From: Macrostomum hystrix
Taxonomy: Eukaryota; Animalia; Platyhelminthes
DNA: 64,000 bases
Assembly (NCBI GenBank): GCA_950097015.1
Contig: CATNEN010000039.1
Span: 3,410,001 to 3,474,000 of the forward strand
Direction: 5' to 3'
This document shows, piece by piece, positions 11,413-23,580 of the stretch. Within the stretch, counting starts at the first letter, position 1. Each line of letters opens with the position of its first letter. Made by a program: the position numbers and the translations under genes. The notes below the pieces were generated by a model, which saw only the letters and a program-made list of their open reading frames with translations, was not told the origin of the DNA and made no database searches.

Positions 11413-14400
11413 CAGTTGCACCTAGGTGTTTTAGCAGCTCTGCTCACTGCCACAATTTCTTTCTCAATCGAGGCAATCCAGCATCTACTCTATTGGAGTA
11501 ATACTACTCAGTCAGCTGGCATACACACTGCAATGGACACAGCAGTGTTAAACATCTCCAATGCGTTGAATGTGAACCTTTCAGTCTGGTACCAGTCTGA
11601 TGACTGCTTTGAATGCCCGCTTTTGTTCACCAAGCAGCTGTCTCCAATGTCCAGCAGCCTGTTGTCTGTGCAGACCAACTTTTTGTCCCACCTGATGCTG
11701 TCCTATGTTAATACAACTGGGGATAACAGGACACTTTGCAGGTGAATTCACTGTTCTAAGTTCTCTTCTAGTCATTGCTACATAATATCCTTTAAAAACA
11801 TGTCTTATTACTAACAGTAGCTCGTGGTAATTTTATTTCCAGTAAAGATTTCCGCTTCCACGAGTCCGGCTCCTACGAGTTGAACATCGGGCCGTGCAAC
11901 AACTCGGACCTGGGACCGGATCCGCTCAGCCCCCTCTGCGCTCTCGTGACTCGATCTGATGGGCCGGATTTTCTTATTCGTAAGCACTTGGCTGTTCCCA
12001 GTTCCCAGTTCCCGTTCCCAGTTCCTGACACCATCGAATCCTCAGATCCCAGTTCCTAACATCATCGAATCCTCAGATCCCAGTTCCTAACATCATCGAA
12101 TCCTCAGATCCCAGTTCTGGACATCATCAAGTCCTCAGATCCCAGTTCTGGACATCATCAAATCCTCAGATCCCAGTTCTTGAAAGGGTCAAGTCCTCAG
12201 ATCCCAGTTCCGGACATCATCGAATCCTCAGACCCCAGTTCCGGACATCATCGAATCCTCAGATCCCAGTTCCTGACAGGATCAAATCCTCAGATCCCAG
12301 TTCTTGACAGGATCAAATCATCAGATCCCAGTTTATGATAGGATCGAATCCTCAGATCCCAGTTCCTGACAGGATCGAATCCTTAGATCCCAGTTTATGA
12401 CAGGATCAAATCATCAGATCCCAGTTTTTGACAGGATCAAATCCTCAGATCCCAGTTCCGGACATCATCGAATCCTCAGATCCCAGTTCCTGAAAGGATC
12501 AAATCATCAGATCCCAGTTTATGATAGGATCGAATCCTCAGATCCCAGTTTATGACAGGATCAAATCCTCAGATCCCAGTTCCGGACATCATCGAATCCT
12601 CAGATCCCAGTTCCTGAAAGGATCAAATCATCAGATCCCAGTTTATGATAGGATCGAATCCTCAGATCCCAGTTTATGACAGGATCAAATCCTCAGATCC
12701 CAGTTCCGGACATCATCGAATCCTCAGATCCCAGTTCCTGACAGGATCAAATCATCAGATCCCAGTTTATGATAGGATCGAATCCTCAGATCCCAGTTTA
12801 TGACAGTATCAAATCCTCAGATCCCAGTTTATGACAGGATCAAATCCTCAGATCCCAGTTTATATGATAGGATCGAATCCTCAGATCCCAGTTCCTGACA
12901 GGATCGAATCCTCAGATCCCAGTTTATATGATAGGATCGAATCCTCAGATCCCAGTTTATGATAGGATCGAATCCTCAGATCCCAGTTCTTGACAGGATC
13001 GAATCTTGAGATCTCAGTTACCAAAATATTCGGAATCTTTAACACAGTTTATGACATGATTGATAATGTAACTCTCTGCTGAGTGTGAATATCGATATTA
13101 TCCTTATCTCCATTTCATATTTTAATTATTTCATTATTCATTATTCATGCTTTCTTTATTTAATCGAACTTAAGGCAAAGAACCCGTATATTCTTCCAAT
13201 CAGTCAATAAATCCGCCATGAAATCCCATTCGCAGCGCTCTACATCTGCCTGAGCGTCATATTGCTGTTTTTCCTGTCCAGAGCTGCTTTCTACACAATG
13301 AGAGAGTGAGTTCTGATTTGTTTCACTCAATTAATTTATTGCCATGTTAAAATGTTTTACACGAACGCCAGATATGCCGAAATTTGTCGGCAGGTATGAC
13401 TTTTGGCGTCGAATGCAGGCTGGATCTCGAGTGGAGTACGTGGCCCAGGTGAGACAAATTTGAATTTGTGAGGGGTGGGAAGACAGATGGGGATGCAGGG
13501 GTGGGAAGACAGATGGGGATGCAGGGGTGGGAAGACAGATGGGGATGCAGGGGTGGGAAGACAGATGGGGATGCAGGGGTGGGAAGACAGATGGGGATGC
13601 AGGGGTGGGAAGACAGATGGGGATGCAGGGGTGGGAAGACAGATGGGGATGCAGGGGTGGGAAGACAGATGGGGATGCAGGGGTGGGAAGACAGATGGGG
13701 ATGCAGGGGTGGGAAGACAGATGGGGATGCAGGGGTGGGAAGACAGATGGGGATGGAGGGGTGGGAAGACAGATGGGGATGGAGGGTGGGGAAGACAGAT
13801 GGGGATGCAGGGGTGGGAAGACAGATGGGGATGCAGGGGTGGGAAGACAGATGGGGATGCAGGGGTGGGAAGACAGATGGGGATGCAGGGGTGGGAAGAC
13901 AGATGGGGATGCAGGGGTGGGAAGACAGATGGGGATGCAGGGGTGGGAAGACAGATGGGGATGGAGGGTGGGGAAGACAGATGGGGATGGAGGGTGGGGA
14001 AGACAGATGGGGATGCAGGGGTGGGGAAGACAGATGGGGATGCAGGGCGGGGAAGACAGATGGGGATGCAGGGCGGGGAAGACAGATGGGGATGCAGGGT
14101 GGGGAAGACAGATGGGGATGCAGGGGTGGCAAGACAGATAATATTTGCGGGAGTGCGTTGGGCACTGGCTCATCATATGGTGACACTAGACCCGGACGCA
14201 TGCGCACGCTTACACACAGGGTGTGTACATCTGCCCTGACTTTCTCGTCGTCGGGTAGTGTACACTTTCACTGTGCCTTTATGGTTGGCCCTCAAGGGAG
14301 CAAATTTTAGTAAAAAAACCCTCAAGCCCTCTTTGCGGCTGCACCCCAAATTAATGTGGCCTCGCCGCGAAATCGTGCTCAGGGACGATTGGGAAAGGTT

Positions 14401-17400
14401 GGGACGGGCAAGGCAGACAGAGAATAGGCAAATCATGAAGAAACTTGTGAAGGCTTTGGCTAATCCAGAGACCGTGAAATCAGTAAATTGTCCATCCTGC
14501 TTGCAGCAAGACCTTGGCAGCGTTGACGCGAACATCAACCAATCGGACTCGCTGGCCATTCACAATCAGTACCAGCGCGCTGGCCAATCGCAGGCGGCGG
14601 CCTCTGGCGCCCAGACACCACAGCAGCAGCAGCAGCAAGCATCGCCAGGCCAGCGCGGCGGTAGACGTCCCGGCCGGCTCCGCTGCCTGGACACCTTTCG
14701 TGGCCTGTGCCTGGTGGTGATGATATTTGTCAATTATGGAGGCGGTGGATATTGGTTCTTTGAGCACAGCACCTGGAACGGCCTGACAGTGGCCGACCTG
14801 GTCTTTCCCTGGTGAGCAGCTTGGAGAAATGGGATGTCTGGTGGGTCAGATGAAATTGGGATCTAAATCTGGGACTTCAGATATGATTGTATTCGGGGTT
14901 TAGGATATATTAGAATCCGAATCTGGGATTCCTGAAAGATTGGGATAAGAATCTGGGATTCCTGAAAGATTGGGATAAGAATCTGGGATCCCTGAAAGAT
15001 TGGGATAAGAATCTGGGATTCCTGAAAGATTGGGATAAGAATCTGGGATTCCTGAAAGATTGGGATTAGAATCTGGGATCCCTGAAAGATTGGGATAAGA
15101 ATCTGGGATCCCTGAAAGATTGGGATAAGAATCTGGGATCCCTGAAAGATTGGGATAAGAATCTGGGATTCCTGAAAGATTGGGATAAGAATCTGGGATT
15201 CCTGAAAGATTGGGATAAGAATCTGGGATTCCTGAAAGATTGGGATAAGAATCTGGGATTCCTGAAAGATTGGGATAAGAATCTGGGATTCCTGAAAGAT
15301 TGGGATCTGAATCTGGGATTTCTGGAAGATGAGGAAATTATTGTTGCATTTTTTGTAGCTAGATCTGGAATCAGAAACTTTGGGTTGTGTAACCCAAGCT
15401 CAGCAAATTCAAAACCAAAAACTACATTTGGGGAATGCACTAGTTAATTAAAATCAAATGAACAGGTTCATCTTTATCATGGGCACCGCCATCGGCTACA
15501 CAATGCGCCGCAGTCTCAGGCGAGGAGCCAGCAAGCGCGGAGCCTTCTTGTCCGTGTGCCGGCGCAGCGTCATCCTGTTCGCTCTGGGCGTCTGCCTGAC
15601 CTCAAGAAGTGAGCCCCTTAAACCACAGCTGATAAACGCCACTGTCCAATCACTCCACAAACCCAGCTGTCTAATCACTCCACAAACCCAGCTGTCCAAT
15701 CACTCCACAAACCCAGCTGTCCAATCACTCCACAAACCCAGCTGTCCAATCACTCCACAAACCCAGCTGTCCAATCACTCCACAAACCCAGCTGTCCAAT
15801 CACGCCACAAACCCCAATGTCCAATCACTCCACAAACCCCAATGTCCAATCACTCCACAAACCCAGCTGTCCAATCACGCCACAAACCCAGCTGTCCAAT
15901 CACTCCACAAACCCAGCTGTCCAATCACTCCACAAACCCAGCTGTCCAATCACTCAATAAACATCATCCAATCATCCGCAGACGTGCCCCTGGATCAGCT
16001 GCGCATTCCTGGCGTTCTGCAACGCCTGGCTGTGGCCTACTTCTTTGTGGCGTCCGTGGAGGTCGCTATGGTCAATGCCGATCAGCCTGAGGTGAGCAGT
16101 CTGGGTTTGTCCTTTAGCAAGACACTCAACTCTGTTAAAACTTAGCTTCAGTTCATCCAGCTGTAATTTAATAATGGTTGTGGCGTCCTTCCAGTCCATG
16201 GACTGGACAGCTGTACGCAGCCTTCAGATATACAGTAAATATGTACTCGTATTCTATTCTATATGATATGTCATGCCACCCGCAGTCTCAACCCTATCGC
16301 ATTGTGGAGGAGCAGGGCCAGCTAGTCGGTCATTGGCTAGTATTCCTGCTCATGCCAGTTGCTCATACTCTGCTCACATTTCTTCTACCTGTGCCCGGCT
16401 GTCCTACCGGCTACCTTGGCCCAGGCGGTATCCAAGGCAATGGTAGCTATGCCAACTGTACAGGCGGCGCCGCGGGCTATATTGATCGGCTAATATTCGG
16501 CGATTGGCACATGTACCGCTATCCCACGTGTCGGCTCACCTATCAAACCTTTGTGCCCTACGATCCTGAGGGGCTGCTAGGCTGCCTGACGTCCACCTTC
16601 ATGTGCTACCTGGGCTTCGTGGCCGGCCGAATCTTTGCCCACTTCAAGGGCACCAATTATCGCGCTATTGTTCTCCGCCTCTGCTTCTGGGGACTCGTCA
16701 CTGTGAGTGAAAAGCGACAGGGGGTGATTTTAGAGCGGATTGAAAGATGTTGTGCGTGCTTTGATTAGTTTGACTGATCGACTGGTCCCAACTCTGTGTT
16801 ATCATCTGGGCTCGGTGTGTTATCAATTGGGCTCAGTGTGTTATCAATTGGGCTCAGTGTGTTATCAGCTGGGCTCAGTGTGTTATCATCTGGGCTCGGT
16901 GTGTTATCAATTGGGCTCAGTGTGTTATCAATTGGGCTCAGTGTGTTATCAGCTGGGCTCAGTGTGTTATCAATTGGGCTCAGTGTGTTATCAATTGGGC
17001 TCAGTGTGTTATCAATTGGGCTCAGTGTGTTATCAGCTGGGCTCAGTGTGTTATCATCTGGTCTCAGTGTGTTATCATCTGGGCTCAGTGTGTTATCAAC
17101 TGGGCTCAGTGTGTTATCAATTGGGCTCAGTGTGTTATCAGCTGGGCTCAGTGTGTTATCATCTGGGCTCAGTGTGTTATCATCTGGGCTCAGTGTGTTA
17201 TCAACTGGGCTCAGTGTGTTATCAATTGGGCTCAGTGTGTTATCAATTGGGCTCAGTGTGTTATCATCTGGGCTCAGTGTGTTATCAATTGGGCTCAGTG
17301 TGTTATCATCTGGGCTCAGTGTGTTATCAGCTGGGCTCAGTGTGTTATCAGCTGGGCTCAGTGTGTTATCAGCTGGGCTCAGTGTGTTATCATCTGGGCT

Positions 17401-18174
17401 CAGTGTGTTATCATCTGGGCTCAGTGTGTTATCAATTGGGCTCAGTGTGTTATCATCTGGGCTCAGTGTGTTATCAGCTGGGCTCAGTGTGTTATCAACT
17501 GGGCTCAGTGTGTTATCAATTGGGCTCAGTGTGTTATCAATTGGGCTCAGTGTGTTATCAGCTGGGCTCAGTGTGTTATCAACTGGGCTCAGTGTGTTAT
17601 CAATTGGGCTCAGTGTGTTATCAATTGGGCTCAGTGTGTTATCAACTGGGCTCAGTGTGTTATCAACTGGGCTCAGTGTGTTATCAGCTGGGCTCAGTGT
17701 GTTATCAGCTGGGCTCAATGGGCACCAGGCCAGCTGGCTCATTGTGCAATCCTGTATTCTAAGAAAAGCCCGTGCGCTTCTCAGGGCTCAATTGGCGCCG
17801 GCCTGAGCGGACTCAGCCGCGACACGGGCCTAATCCCGGTGAACAAGAACCTGTGGTCGCTGTCCTTCATCCTGGCCCTGTCCGGCATGGCATTCCTCGT
17901 GCTGGCTGTTCTGTACCTCGTCACCGACTACCCGGGCCACGCCGAGCCCCTGTGGTCCGGCAGTCCGTTCCAGTATCCTGGCACTAACAGCATCCTGGTG
18001 TACATAGGACACGAACTGCTGGAGTCCTACCTGCCAATCACCTGGCTGCCCCCGCCAGATTGGCAACCGGCTAGCACCCACGGATATCTGCTGCCGATGC
18101 ACCTGTACGGCGCTTGCTTCTGGACTTTCGTCGCTTGGATACTGCACAGGAATAAAATATTCTTTACTATCTGA
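11413..18174 (+). CDS. HGSNAT: Heparan-alpha-glucosaminide N-acetyltransferase (TMEM76)
   Basis: Exons 11413-11741, 11843-11979, 13236-13305, 13394-13448, 14507-14811, 15466-15608, 15982-16091, 16286-16702, 17785-18174, all GT-AG and in phase. Motifs [76 protein letters not shown]. The start codon is uncertain. Confidence 0.93.
12020..13015. repeat. 31-bp tandem array (atcgaatcctcagatcccagttcctgacagg) in HGSNAT intron
   Basis: About 31 variant copies, starting ~40 bp after the donor site. Confidence 0.95.
13472..14138. repeat. 26-bp G-rich tandem array (ggggtgggaagacagatggggatgca) in HGSNAT intron
   Basis: About 25 copies; explains the ORFs at 13331-14310. Confidence 0.96.
14215..14385 (-). 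mobile_element. SINE copy (same family as 3131-3395)
   Basis: gactttctcgtcgtcgggtagtgtacac...gcggctgcaccccaaattaatgtggcctcgccgcg...gctcagggac. Confidence 0.7.
14919..15322. repeat. 30-bp tandem array (gaatctgggattcctgaaagattgggataa) in HGSNAT intron
   Basis: About 13 near-identical copies. Confidence 0.96.
15642..15955. repeat. 25-bp tandem array (ctgtccaatcactccacaaacccag) in HGSNAT intron
   Basis: About 12 copies. Confidence 0.95.
16794..17717. repeat. 21-bp tandem array (gtgttatcaattgggctcagt) in HGSNAT intron
   Basis: About 44 copies with variant central trinucleotides; explains the ORFs at 16740-17806. Confidence 0.97.
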
Positions 18175-18749
18175 GCAGTCTTCTGAGCACGGATGAATTG
18201 AAAGTCGCGGATTCCGCAACATAAAAATAATTTGCCCACATCAATTCAGTATTCACAGTATTCATAGTGCTGTGTTAGAGCCGATAAATTGTTCTTCCCC
18301 TTTTACTTATGGTCGGAGATTTGTCCTACATGCGCCTACACGCTACTGCCAGTACAATACGTGCAAAGATATTTCGTGTGTTTTCGTTAATTTAGAGAAA
18401 TGTTTCGCTATTTTAGAATCTATTTATAGTTTTCACTTACGCCTGTATGTCAGTAACAGTGAAAAAACTTTTTCCTGATGCTAAATAAAAAAATTGTACA
18501 CAATATTAGTTTTTTCCTATTTCAGACAATTTTCCATTTTGTAATATTTTTTAAGTACACTAGCGCATGTAGACCCGTATACTTTTCGACTGACAATAAA
18601 TTTGAATTTAATCAGGGCACGTTTTTATTAGCTTTTTGATTAAATGCCGTTGGATGATTTTTCTAAATAATCTACAGGTCTGTATTTAGTTGGCTTATTG
18701 ATTTATTTTACTTGCAATTAAAATAGTGGGGACGAATTATTTTCCCCAT

Positions 18750-18808
18750 GAGCAGAGATTCGAACCCCTGACGGTTCATTAAGGATCTATGGCTCCAACC
18801 ACTGGGCT
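18750..18808 (-). mobile_element. tRNA-like fragment (SINE head or tRNA pseudogene)
   Basis: Minus strand reads gcccagtggttggagcc...ggggttcgaatctctgctc, with A- and B-box-like motifs but no intact cloverleaf. Confidence 0.45.
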
Positions 18809-19078
18809 TCAGCTTCTAATCTAAAAGATAGTGTCAAGTGTGAAGAAACTCATGTAATCTAGCCTAAAGTTCAAGTAAGCTAAAGTACTTGTCAATTGAG
18901 GCAAGTGCTGGCAAACCCCTGCATAGTCTATGGTAAAATGAGCTGGGCGCCTGAGACTGCTGCGCTGCTCAAAAAGTTTTTATTTCTGTACCGCAAGTTT
19001 AAGAAAAAGCTTAGCCATTCTACGAGACCGGTGAGCTAGGAGTCCAAGGCGCGTCAAACACTCAACTGTTGCTTCGCA

Positions 19079-19516
19079 ATGCCCGACAAGAAATGCATCT
19101 GTCAGATATGCACTTGCCCGGAGAAGCTGCACAAGTGCAAATATGAAGATTTCGAGGAGTCGCTGAAGAAAAAGGCCGAGGCTCACTGCGGCCGATGCCA
19201 GAAAAACTGTGCTACATATACGCCCCCCACAGTACCAATGGATACCTGTACCACGTACAACACCCAGTTCACGCCTAAGCAGCCTTTGACAAAACCCTGT
19301 AGCGAGGGCAGAAAAAGCGCTACCTACCGGCCCATGGGCGACATGCTTTTGCAGACCACATACAACACCGAGTTCGTACCAAAGACTCCATTGGAGCTAA
19401 TCTGCGACAAGATTTGCGATATCTGCTGCCCGTGCTGCGATCCGACTGCGGAGGGCTACACCGCGGTGGGCGAGGAAAACGGCCACACCATGTTCATCAA
19501 GGGCAGCGCCAAATAG
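19079..19516 (+). CDS. Short SAXO/FAM154-family microtubule-stabilising protein, paralogue A (145 aa, intronless)
   Basis: N-terminal KKCICQICTC..HKC motif typical of SAXO1/2. Two Mn-like motifs (PMDTCTTYNTQF, DMLLQTTYNTEF). C-terminal CCPCCDP..EGY..GEENGH.MF.K shared with 23581-24201. Confidence 0.75.
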   Translation: MPDKKCICQICTCPEKLHKCKYEDFEESLKKKAEAHCGRCQKNCATYTPPTVPMDTCTTYNTQFTPKQPLTKPCSEGRKSATYRPMGDMLLQTTYNTEFVPKTPLELICDKICDICCPCCDPTAEGYTAVGEENGHTMFIKGSAK

Positions 19517-20497
19517 TTACTTGACCATCCGGATCACCTTGCTTGCTGACTCTATATATTTGTTTCCTTTTTTTAGACCTCAAACCAGCAACTGCGCCTT
19601 AGGCTATAGCAAATCCTTTGGGCAGTCTGGATAAAGTGGTCCAGCCTTGATTGTTCATCCCAAAGCTATTATCAGGGCCCAGTGCCAATACTATAAAGAA
19701 ACATTATTTTCATCAATCGGATTTTTTATTAACAGAAATACAATAAACTCCTGCGAATTATCAAACTTCGCATTTTGACTTGTGCTACATATTTTTGCTT
19801 AATGTATTCTTCTTGTCGATATGGTCCGATTATTATTATTATTATTAAGGTCCGATGGCTGTGCGAACGCTGCTTTATAGTTCGTGCAGCCACTTATAAT
19901 GGTAAGAGACTATATATAGGCAGGTAATGATTCTGCGTAACGATGTCAGTGAGTGCGCAGTCCATCACCCGATGTGCGAACGAAACTTTATAGAGTCCTG
20001 TACAGTAAACATCTTTTAAGGCATTTTTATCTTTGCATTTCATATGCAGAAATCATCTACACGATGGACCTAAAGAGTGTCTAGTGATGTAAGAGTGACT
20101 TTTTGGGGTTGGTAGCAATTCTAGTGACTTACGGCCTGTAGACTGTAGACTGTAGAAGTAGACTGTAACCATTGGCCTTCATTGAACAGCTGTGCTGTGC
20201 TGTCCATATTGTGCCATATATTGTGTTTATTGTTCCTTATCAGCGCGTAGATAGGTAGACACGCGGTACGCAGTGCAAGCTCCCCCTAGCAGAGTGGCAT
20301 AATCGCGACGAGTTAAATGGATGTGGGCATCCGCTAAGTGGTGCCAAGTGGCCTCCACTGACCTATCTGACCCCATACGGAGTACTCTCTTGAGTTCAGA
20401 AACTCCCCATCAGTTGGGAATCGAGTCTTCAAGCACACGGTCTATTAGTGCGGCCACCATCCGAGCTGCATTTTCCGGGAATTTTAAAATTTGTTTC

Positions 20498-23196
20498 TGT
20501 TAATAACTGCAACTAGTTCAATTTAGTGGAGGACTCAATAATTCCGCCTCCAAGGCCGAGAGCTCATATTTATGGTTAAAAGCGGGGTGTGTGTGATTTA
20601 TATCACCCCTCAGCACATACGTACAATTGCAATGACAAGCGTACATCAATTACATAAGCATGGCAAGAGCAACTGCAGAGACCAAGCTACCACATCCCTC
20701 CACGACAAAAGAAGAGTTTCGCGAAGAATAAACAACAAAACGGAAACAAATTTGAACTCGAAACAGCAAAAAAGCAGCAACACCGAGAAATAAGTAAACA
20801 ACGCTGGTCACTGGCACAGTCAGTTATGTAGATTGAGATTCAATAGAATCAAATCACTCGTATCCAAAGCGGTCCGGCTGCCGTTGAACACGCGATGATC
20901 GACGCAGATTCCTGTCCACCTCTGGTTCGGCAGGTCGAGCTCAACCGCGGCCGCCTTGGTGTCGCTGAGGCATGATGGCGGTGGACCGCCGAGGACATGG
21001 TCCACGTGCCGCCGCACCACTCGATCGTCTCCATCGAACCCACAGATGTACGAGGCTGGATCATCAAAGCAACAACGCGCGCCGGTTTCCACCGACTGCC
21101 GTTGATTCCGAAACCCTTAATCCAGAACATCTGGCAGACCGTGATTTGCAAAAATTAAATAAAGCTTCTGGATAGTCGCTGCTGAAGTTGCTGACGTCAC
21201 TATATGTACATCAAGCCATTTTAAATGAGCGTCGAACAGAACCAACATCATCTTACCAGCCACGGGTCCAGCGTAGTCGACGTGCAGACGGGACCACGGC
21301 CTGTCTGGCCACGGTGAAGGAGCTGGAGCATTCTGCAGTTCTCGGCAAGCCAGACAACTCTTGGCGAGGTTCTTGATCTTTGAGTCCTGGCCCGGCCACC
21401 AGAAGTAGCCTCGGGCCAACGATTTCATGCGAGATGCCCCCGCATAGCACTGGTGCAGCACTTGGAGCAGTATTGGGGTCTGGGTGCTGGTCTGGGTGCC
21501 CGTGCACTGCGGCATCGAGCTGAACAAAGCCGCGGACAAAGCCGCCAGCTCGGCGGCATCGCCGGACCAGTCCAAGGCAGCGATTCAGCGCGCCCGCCGT
21601 GAACTGGACGCGACCATGATGCCGCGCCCCTGGCCGGAGTTTAACGCCTGAAACCGAGCGGAATGTGTCGCCGCAGACCAGCTCCGCGCCAACTCCACCA
21701 CCCTGTGTCGAGACGCCCTCAACAGGTACGGCGTCGCAAAAGATAACCGGTGCCTGGACTGCGGCGCGGCTGACACCCCGCACCATGCCATCTTCGACTG
21801 CCTGAGGGACGATGCCAGGCGAGTTGCTATGGTCGGCACGGACCAGCAGCTCCTCCTGGAGCTTCCCGAGAAGGCTATCGCTCAACTGCGAAGCATGGGG
21901 AGCTCAAAGTCGACTACACCTCGACACTAGCGCCCCCGTCCCTATCGCACCATTGTGCCGACTTGGACGCGGCCTGAAGACGAAGAAGAAGCGCATTTCG
22001 AGCGGCGGCCGGCACTTATGGGATCCCACAGTAGACAGCCGTCTTGCTCACTGAGCTCTGCCGCCCTCTTCGAGTACGGCAGCAGGTCATCTGTCACGTG
22101 ACTCGGCCATCTAGTTTCCGTGAAGTGCAGCGCTCGTGAGAGTACAGTGTCCCTCCGGGTCAGGTCGCGCACCTGAGCAGCCGTTACAGGTCCGTCGTCC
22201 AAGTGGTCCATCAGCATGACATGTCTGGCAGCGGAAAGCGGCTCCGGGCGTCAGCGCACAACAAAGAGGTACCAGCGCGGTGCACCATGCGATTGTTGTA
22301 GCCCGAAAGCAGCAAGCCTTCTCAGCAAGAAGGCCAAGTAAAGGTGTTCGACCGAACAGGTAGGCGTGAAACTTCTTGACAGAGAACAAGACTGCCAACG
22401 TCTCCTTCTCTAGCTGTGAGTAATTATTTTCGGCGTCGTGCAGAGAGCGAGAGCTGATGAAGACTCCCAACCTGTGAGGGGATGCATCACACTCCAGGAT
22501 CAGGTCCTTAGCGGGGTCAAAGTGCACCAGCACAGGGGCCGACGACAACAGGGCCTGGCACGTCGCAAAGGCAGCGTCCTGAGTAGCGCTCCAGAGCCAG
22601 CGCTGCTTCTCACGCAGCAGCAGATACAGAGGCGCAAGATACAGAGGTCTGGAATGATCGCCTCCAGGCTGCCACCGAACTTGCAGTTTCAAGCCAGATC
22701 GCAAAGAGCTGCGACAAAGTCGGCCACTGCTTCTCCATTCTTGCGAGATCTTGTGTAAAACCGGAATTGGTGGACGATCTCCTATTCTTCAGGCTCGAAA
22801 TGATCCTTGAACGTCTGGCAAACTTCAGCGTAGCTCTTTTCCGATGGCTTCGTTTGAGACAGGAGACTGCACATCAGGTGGAATATTTTCTTGCAACCGA
22901 CACTAAGCAGGATGGCTCGCTTCTTCGCATCATCTGCGACATCGCTGACGACAAAATATCTCTCTTGGTACATATGCCACCTCATTGGCCGACTTGAAGG
23001 GGCTGCTTGCCTCCTAGCCAGTGTAATATAACTAGTTCAATATACTGGAGGACTCCAAGGCCGAGAGCTCTCATTAATTGTTTAAAGCGGGGTGTGTGTG
23101 ATTTCAATCACCCTTCGCACACACGTACAATTGCACGTACAACGTACATCAATTACATAAGCATGGCAATAGCACTGCAGAGACCACGCTACCACA
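20498..23196 (-). mobile_element. Decayed Ty3/Gypsy LTR retrotransposon
   Basis: Diverged LTRs at 20498-20694 and 23022-23196 (TG...CA on the minus strand). Fragmented gag (22782-22985), RNase H (ECDASP, NYSQLEKE), integrase (PWSRLHVDYAGP) and integrase C-terminus (RRHVDHV). Many stops and deletions. Confidence 0.88.
21474..21991 (+). mobile_element. 5'-truncated non-LTR retrotransposon fragment nested in the Gypsy pol
   Basis: The plus frame encodes CLDCGAADTPHHAIFDC (CCHC knuckle, 21751-21801), then a stop, a short UTR and a (gaa)n tail at ~21977-21991. The Gypsy reading VPAAARNA / LLQVLHQ resumes on either side. Confidence 0.7.
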
Positions 23197-23580
23197 CGGT
23201 CTTCAAGCACGTGCATTAGTGCGTGCATTTGCGGCATCCAAGCTGCAATTTCCGGGAATTCTAAAATTAGTTACTAATGTTAGTTTATGGTCTCTAAGGG
23301 GCCCTGACTGATCTCTTACGACTCCCTTGTAAACAAACTTCAGAGCGAAGTATAAAATATGTTTTCTCGGCCTTTTGTCTTTGGCCAAAATTTGCTTCCG
23401 CACACGTTTGTCCGCGGCTGTTAGAGAGTGCATTTAGCCAATTCTGTACCGCGAAATCAGTAGAAATTTAAGCTATTGAGTTTGACCCGGTACTTTCTGC
23501 AACCAAGTAGCAAAATTAGTGCACTGGAGGCAGATTTATCATTAGCTGTTCGCAAATAGTTTTTGAAAGCAACATTCGTC

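Noticed and set aside
13331-14310. Long Gly/Pro-rich ORFs of 200-290 aa
   Set aside because: Artefacts of the 26-bp array inside a HGSNAT intron.
16740-17806. Three 325-340 aa repetitive ORFs
   Set aside because: 21-bp intronic array; the flanking HGSNAT exons splice in phase around it.
18750-18808. Functional tRNA gene
   Set aside because: A/B-box-like motifs are present, but no complete acceptor or anticodon stems; treated as a SINE or pseudo-tRNA.
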